From: Planctomycetota bacterium
GTDB lineage: Bacteria > Planctomycetota > J058
Reading direction: 5' to 3'
Length of the DNA: 17,820 nucleotides
Assembly: GCA_016765095.1 (NCBI GenBank)
Contig: JAESQQ010000852.1
Coordinates: 1 to 17,820 of the forward strand
The position numbers and the translations under genes were made by a program. Below are positions 13,828 through 17,820 of the stretch, piece by piece. The stretch's first letter is position 1; each line of letters opens with the position of its first letter. The notes below the pieces were generated by a model. It was not told where the DNA came from and made no database searches. It saw nothing but the letters and a program-made list of their open reading frames with translations.

Positions 13828-13947
13828 GGGGGCAGCCTACCGCCTTGCCCTCTACCCGCGGACGCGCTCCACACCGAAGTGTGAAGCGCGTCGAGGGAGA
13901 CTCAGCCGTTCCGGCGGGCGTATTCAGAGGCCGCAATCGCAGCCCCG

Positions 13948-14277
13948 TTGAGCAGGAGGAAGGCTGTCACGGCCAGGACGCCGTCGCCAACCAAGTCAGA
14001 GGAGGCTACGGCAAGGCAGATCGCGCCCACCCTCAGAACGCCGACTGGCGAGCGAGAGCTCGCTCCTGGCGAGGTCGTCCACTTTGGACTCGGAGCGAGC
14101 AGCGCTCACCAACTCCTGAACAAGAGCCAAGAGCCGGTTCGCTACCTGGTGGCTAGCAATCGCGTCTCTCCCGACGCCGTCGAATACCCCGATTCGGGGC
14201 AGCTCTCGGTGATGGCCTTCACCGAGAGCCAGACCGGAGAGCCGCTTTGGAACATGCGTTCGCTAGACGAGAGCTAG
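13948..14277 (+). pseudogene. cupin-fold protein remnant (C-terminal half recognisable, N-terminal metal-binding half not)
   Basis: SEEA...TLRTPTGERELAPGEVVHFGLGASSAHQLLNKSQEPVRYLVAS...AVEYPDSGQ matches the common bacterial cupin pattern EEA..vleG.gtLr...ge..l.aGD.v.fpaG...aHql.N.sdeplryL..s.....v.eYPDSGK. No HxH motif occurs upstream in this frame. The only available start is TTG. Confidence 0.4.
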
Positions 14278-14342
14278 CTCGCAGGCAGGCTCCCCTGGAT
14301 CAGAGACGGCGGGAGTGCGCGGGGTCTGGTAGAACCGCGCCC

Positions 14343-14588
14343 ATGGCCGTCACCCGAACCGAGATCGAGACGCAGGTCCTCGCCGCCCTCGCCTTCGCGA
14401 GCGAGCAGGAGGTTTCCGCCGTCGATCTGGGCGCCGACTTCGACTCCCTCGGCCTCGACTCGGTGGGTCGAGTCGAGCTCCTGGCGCGAGTCGAGGACTC
14501 GTTCGAGACCCACGTGCCTCCCGACGACGCGATCCACCTCGGCTGTGGTCAGGACGTGGTTCGCTACCTTGCCAGGCGGTTGGCGTGA
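14343..14588 (+). CDS. acyl carrier protein (phosphopantetheine-binding)
   Basis: ATG 14343 gives MAVTRTEIETQVLAALAFASE... The phosphopantetheine attachment motif is DSLGLDSVGRVEL (Ser in LDS). Length is about 81 aa. The track ORF begins earlier (14247), but that leader overlaps the cupin remnant. The stop overlaps the next start (GTGA). Confidence 0.8.
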   Translation: MAVTRTEIETQVLAALAFASEQEVSAVDLGADFDSLGLDSVGRVELLARVEDSFETHVPPDDAIHLGCGQDVVRYLARRLA

Positions 14589-16267
14589 CCCCTCCTTCGC
14601 TCGTCTCGCTCGGCCTCGAGCTCTGCTCGCCTGTGGAAGAGCTCTACTTCGGAGCCGCCGCCGCGCGCGGCGCTCGGACGCTCCACCTCTACAGCGACGA
14701 CCCTCGCGCGGAGCCCGTTCCGCTCAGCTACGACCAGCTCCTGATCCGCGCTCGCGGCGCGGCGGCCAGCCTCCGAGTCAAGCCGGGACAGCCCTACTTG
14801 GTCCTCGTCACGAGCGAGCTGGAGTCGATCGCAGCGATCTTGGGCGGAATGCTGCTCGGGGCGCTCCCGATCCCCTGCGCGCCACCGGCTGGACTGGGCG
14901 GGTTCGCTGGCTGGCGAGCTCGGCTCGAAGAGACGGCCAGCGCCCTCGACGCGCAGCTCGTCGTGGTCCCGAGTGGACTCGCGAGCCTGGTCGAGGGGCC
15001 CGGGCTCCCTCCAATCCAACTCGCCTCCGGCCTCGCCCTCGAAGGGCCCGGCGTCCCAGGCGTCGAGGCTGGCCTCTCCCACCTCCAGCTCACCTCGGGA
15101 AGCACAGCCGCCCCCAAGGGCGTTCGGATTCGCCACGCGAACCTCGAGGCCAACTTGTTCCACATTGGCTGGAGGAGCGGGGTTCAGGCCGACGACGTCG
15201 TCGTCTCCTGGCTGCCTTTGTTCCACGACATGGGCCTCGTGGGCTGCCTCCTGTTCGCTCTCTACTGGAACCTAGACCTCGCGCTGCTCCCCCCGACCGC
15301 GTTCCTGAGTCGACCCAAGCGTTGGCTGGACGTGATCGATCGCCACCGTGGATCGCTCTCACCGGCCCCGGCCTTCGCCTTTCCCTACCTCGCGAGCCGG
15401 CTCCGTAAGACCGACTTGAGCGGGCTCGACCTCTCGAGCTGGCGAGTCGCCTACTGCGGAGCCGAGCCGATCCACGCCGCCTCGATCGAGCGCTTCGTCG
15501 AGGTCCTCCGGCCGGCCAAGTTCGCGCCCGGCACGATCCTTCCCTGCTACGGCCTCGCCGAGGCGACCCTCGCCGTCAGCTTCAGCCCCGTCGGGCGCGG
15601 CGTAAAGACCGTTGGCCTCTCCCGCGCAGCCCTGACCGAGCACCGCGTCGTGCGCTCGACAGACCCCCAGGACACGACCGAGGTCGTGCTCCTCGGGCCG
15701 CTCTTGCCCGAAGTCCAAGTCGAACTCCGCGATCCCCAAGGTCTGCTCACGGGCCCGGATCAAGTTGGCCAGATCGCGCTCCGCGGACCGACGATCACCC
15801 CTGGCTACCAGGGCTCAGCGCCCTTCGCAGGCGACGGACCTTTCCCTTGGCTAGCGACCGGCGACCTCGGGGCTTGGGTCGACGGTGAACTCGTCGTCCT
15901 GGGGCGATCAAAAGACCTGATCATTGCCTTCGGCAAGAACCACTCACCGGTTGAGTTCGAGCGCGCCGCCGAGAGCGTGTCTGGGATTCGTCCCGGCAGC
16001 ACGGCCGCGTTCGCGGTCCCCGATCGAGCCAGCGGAACGGAGGGCGCGGTTCTGTGCTGCGAGGTCCGCGCCGAAGAGAGCGACTGGAGCCGAGGCGCGA
16101 TCGCGTGCTTGGTCCGTGAGGGCGCCACGTCCCGCACGGGCGTTCGGCCCCATGACGTTCGCCTCCTCGAGCCGGGCTCGATTCCTCGAACCACCAGCGG
16201 CAAGGTTCAGCGAGCCAAGACTCGCGAGCTCTACCTCGCCAATCGGCTGACTGGAGCGCCCTCGTGA
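14585..16267 (+). CDS. fatty acyl-AMP ligase (FAAL-type adenylate-forming enzyme)
   Basis: AMP-binding core [23 protein letters not shown]-style C-terminal signatures: [38 protein letters not shown] and TTSGKVQR. The GTG start overlaps the ACP stop, and its own stop overlaps the dut start. Confidence 0.88.
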   Translation: MTPPSLVSLGLELCSPVEELYFGAAAARGARTLHLYSDDPRAEPVPLSYDQLLIRARGAAASLRVKPGQPYLVLVTSELESIAAILGGMLLGALPIPCAPPAGLGGFAGWRARLEETASALDAQLVVVPSGLASLVEGPGLPPIQLASGLALEGPGVPGVEAGLSHLQLTSGSTAAPKGVRIRHANLEANLFHIGWRSGVQADDVVVSWLPLFHDMGLVGCLLFALYWNLDLALLPPTAFLSRPKRWLDVIDRHRGSLSPAPAFAFPYLASRLRKTDLSGLDLSSWRVAYCGAEPIHAASIERFVEVLRPAKFAPGTILPCYGLAEATLAVSFSPVGRGVKTVGLSRAALTEHRVVRSTDPQDTTEVVLLGPLLPEVQVELRDPQGLLTGPDQVGQIALRGPTITPGYQGSAPFAGDGPFPWLATGDLGAWVDGELVVLGRSKDLIIAFGKNHSPVEFERAAESVSGIRPGSTAAFAVPDRASGTEGAVLCCEVRAEESDWSRGAIACLVREGATSRTGVRPHDVRLLEPGSIPRTTSGKVQRAKTRELYLANRLTGAPS

Positions 16268-16716
16268 CCCCGCCCCCCCTTCGGATTCGCTGCCTCCCTC
16301 ATGGCGAAGGCCTCGAGCTGCCCCGCTACCAGACCCCAGACGCCGCAGGAATGGACCTCAGGGCTGCCCTCGAGGAGTCCGTCTCGCTTGCGCCCGGGGA
16401 GCACGCCCTGATCCCGACGGGGCTCTGCCTCGCGATCCCGAGCGGATACGAAGGGCAAGTTCGCCCCCGGAGCGGCCTCGCGGCTCGTCACGGGGTCACG
16501 GTCCTCAACAGCCCGGGCACGATCGACGCGGACTACCGCGGCGAGGTCAAGGTGATCCTGATCAACCATGGCCAAGCGCCTTTCGTGGTCGAGCGCGGCG
16601 AGCGAGTCGCACAGCTCGTGCTGGCCCAAGTCGCTCAACTCGGGATCGAGGCTGTTGAGTCCCTCGACGACACCGAGCGCGGCGCGGGGGGGTTCGGGCA
16701 CACGGGTCGCGGCTAG
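16264..16716 (+). CDS. dut: dUTP diphosphatase
   Basis: Motifs [43 protein letters not shown] (the classic trimeric dUTPase motifs 1-5). GTG 16264 overlaps the FAAL stop. Confidence 0.92.
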   Translation: MTPPPLRIRCLPHGEGLELPRYQTPDAAGMDLRAALEESVSLAPGEHALIPTGLCLAIPSGYEGQVRPRSGLAARHGVTVLNSPGTIDADYRGEVKVILINHGQAPFVVERGERVAQLVLAQVAQLGIEAVESLDDTERGAGGFGHTGRG

Positions 16717-16902
16717 CTCCGGTCCCTCACGAGGGGCTGCCTGTAGGCAAGGTCGACGTGCGCGGATCGGTCGACCCGACCGACCTCCACTCGACCCGCA
16801 GCCCAAGAGCCCGATCCCTCAGGCTGCCTCTGGACTCTGGGTCTCTGACGGAACGCTTGAGGGCACGATCAAGGGCGGCCTTTATGTTCCGAGCCGCTAA
16901 GC

Positions 16903-17109
16903 TTGAGGACCGAGGTGGCTGTGGCAGAGACGATCCAGATCCGAAGTGCTGAGCGGGTGACCTACAAAGAGCTTCGCGAGAATCCGCAGCGGATCTTTGA
17001 ACGGGCCCGCCACGTCCCAGTCGTCGTCTACAAGGGCGACGTCAAGCGAATGACGATCAGCTACCCGATCCCAGTGGAAGAGGAGCCGAAGGACCAAGAA
17101 GGTCGGTAG
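16903..17109 (+). CDS. small Phd/YefM-like (antitoxin-fold) protein
   Basis: RVTYKELRENPQRIFERARHVPVVVYKGDVKRMTISYP parallels the YefM/Phd N-terminal pattern (isysEaRqNl......v....PvlItr.g...vvl.s). GC3 is about three quarters. The track start is TTG 16903. GTG 16915 or 16921, each preceded by GAGG, is the more likely start. Confidence 0.5.
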   Translation: MRTEVAVAETIQIRSAERVTYKELRENPQRIFERARHVPVVVYKGDVKRMTISYPIPVEEEPKDQEGR

Positions 17110-17112
17110 CCC

Positions 17113-17784
17113 GTGGACACCGACGTCGTCCAGGCGGAGTTGACGCGCTGGATCGTGAGCCTCATGCCGTGCGTCTTCGCGCGCTGGCTGGCGAACACCG
17201 ACGGTCGCTTGCCAGTCACGGTCTTCGACGGCGAGGATCGCGAAGACGACCTGGAGTTGGTCAGCCTCTTCCTCGACCAAACCGAGGACGACACCCACGT
17301 CTTCGTTTTCCCCTGGGTCCGCACGTCGAGCGATCTTCGGTCCCTCTTTGAGGACTTCCGGGCTGACCCTCGATGGTTCTGGTCGGAGGTCGTGGGGGCA
17401 CCAGTCGCGCCCGGCCTCACCGCCCTCTCGCTTCTCTGGGAGACGAACGAGGGTTACCTCTCGCAAGCCATGGGGCTCGCGCCCTTGCTCTCCATGCCCT
17501 GTGATGGCCCAGTAACGGAATGGTGCATGATTGACGGGGCGCGAAGTTCGACTTGGTGCGGCATCCAAGCGGCGTCGGCTGGGCAAGGTCGGGTCGGCAA
17601 GCTGAGCGGGCGAGGCGCCTGGCCCGGTTCGGTCACGACGACGGTCATGACGGCGATCAGCGATCACGATCAGGACGGCGGTCACGATCACTCCGACAGG
17701 GGTCGATCAGGGCCGTCAGGCGCCGTAGCAGCCGGTGGTGAGCCGAGCACGGGGAGCGCGCTCGGGAGGCGAGGCCGGGGGTGA
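17113..17784 (+). CDS. hypothetical protein, coupled downstream partner of the Phd/YefM-like gene
   Basis: GTG at 17113 lies 3 nt after the upstream TAG. GC3 is very high for roughly the first 120 codons (VDTDVVQAELTRWIVSLMPCVFARWL...). Beyond about 17480 the coding signal weakens and the sequence becomes low-complexity, so the 3' end is uncertain. The antisense ORF 16897-17691 has a lower GC3. Confidence 0.4.
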   Translation: MDTDVVQAELTRWIVSLMPCVFARWLANTDGRLPVTVFDGEDREDDLELVSLFLDQTEDDTHVFVFPWVRTSSDLRSLFEDFRADPRWFWSEVVGAPVAPGLTALSLLWETNEGYLSQAMGLAPLLSMPCDGPVTEWCMIDGARSSTWCGIQAASAGQGRVGKLSGRGAWPGSVTTTVMTAISDHDQDGGHDHSDRGRSGPSGAVAAGGEPSTGSALGRRGRG

Positions 17785-17820
17785 CGTCCAGGCACGACGT
17801 CAGCGCGCGCTGGGGTGAAC

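Noticed and set aside
12115-13936. 421-aa plus-strand and 427-aa minus-strand ORFs over the hydrolase locus
   Set aside because: The 553-aa frame has a signal peptide and a GHSMGG catalytic core. The alternative frames have no motifs and have shadow composition.
13932-13947. sigma54-like GG-N10-TTGC upstream of the hydrolase gene (minus strand CGGGGCTGCGATTGCG)
   Set aside because: Same weakness: GG from a G-run plus TTGC, and a poor -24 box. It lies about 105 nt from the ATG and is not distinguishable from chance by eye.
14545-15408. 287-aa plus-strand and 220-aa minus-strand ORFs inside the FAAL gene
   Set aside because: They are out of frame or antisense to the frame carrying [11 protein letters not shown] and the other adenylate-forming motifs. 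They are extremely Arg/Pro-rich.
16861-16876. GGGCACG...GGGC resembling a sigma54 -24 box upstream of the Phd/YefM-like gene
   Set aside because: It has a good GGCACG, but the nearest GC is one nucleotide too far and there is no TTGC. Sigma54 spacing is strict.
16897-17691. 264-aa minus-strand ORF opposite the Phd/YefM-like pair
   Set aside because: Its third-position GC is clearly lower than that of the plus-strand frames over 16915-17480. It has no motifs, and its apparent N-terminal hydrophobic stretch is encoded by a simple GATC/GTGA-rich tract.

Overview
High-GC bacterial chromosomal window, gene-dense and signalling-rich. The style (many Hanks-type Ser/Thr kinases, a sigma54 activator, few Shine-Dalgarno sites) resembles Myxococcota or similar lineages, but taxonomy cannot be proven from the sequence. 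All calls rest on hand-read motifs and third-position GC bias. No searches were run.

Genes, left to right:
- A partial lipoprotein gene (-) with a fairly good sigma54-type -24/-12 promoter.
- A membrane Ser/Thr kinase fused to an FGE-sulfatase-like ectodomain.
- A roughly 690-bp noncoding gap full of short repeats and hairpins.
- A soluble Ser/Thr kinase translationally coupled (ATGA) to an unusual GGDEF-GAF-sigma54 AAA+-HTH enhancer-binding protein.
- A compact module: PTH2-like (peptidyl-tRNA hydrolase 2 fold) gene, overlapping 109-aa unknown gene, strong hairpin, then a tRNA gene.
- A cluster of GC-rich inverted-repeat elements, with a paralogous copy at about 2.8 kb.
- On the minus strand, a secreted esterase-type alpha/beta hydrolase followed by a 1381-aa pseudokinase / Thr-repeat array / active kinase / pseudokinase protein.
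- A cupin remnant, then a translationally coupled ACP - fatty-acyl-AMP ligase - dUTPase string.
- A Phd/YefM-like small gene coupled to an unknown 223-aa ORF.

Most unusual items:
1. The tRNA has a perfect cloverleaf but a 9-nt anticodon loop, and it sits next to the PTH2-like gene.
2. The kinase-coupled GGDEF-containing sigma54 activator.
3. The triple kinase-fold protein with a near-identical tandem Thr-motif array.

No CRISPR array, rRNA, transposase or integrase was seen.
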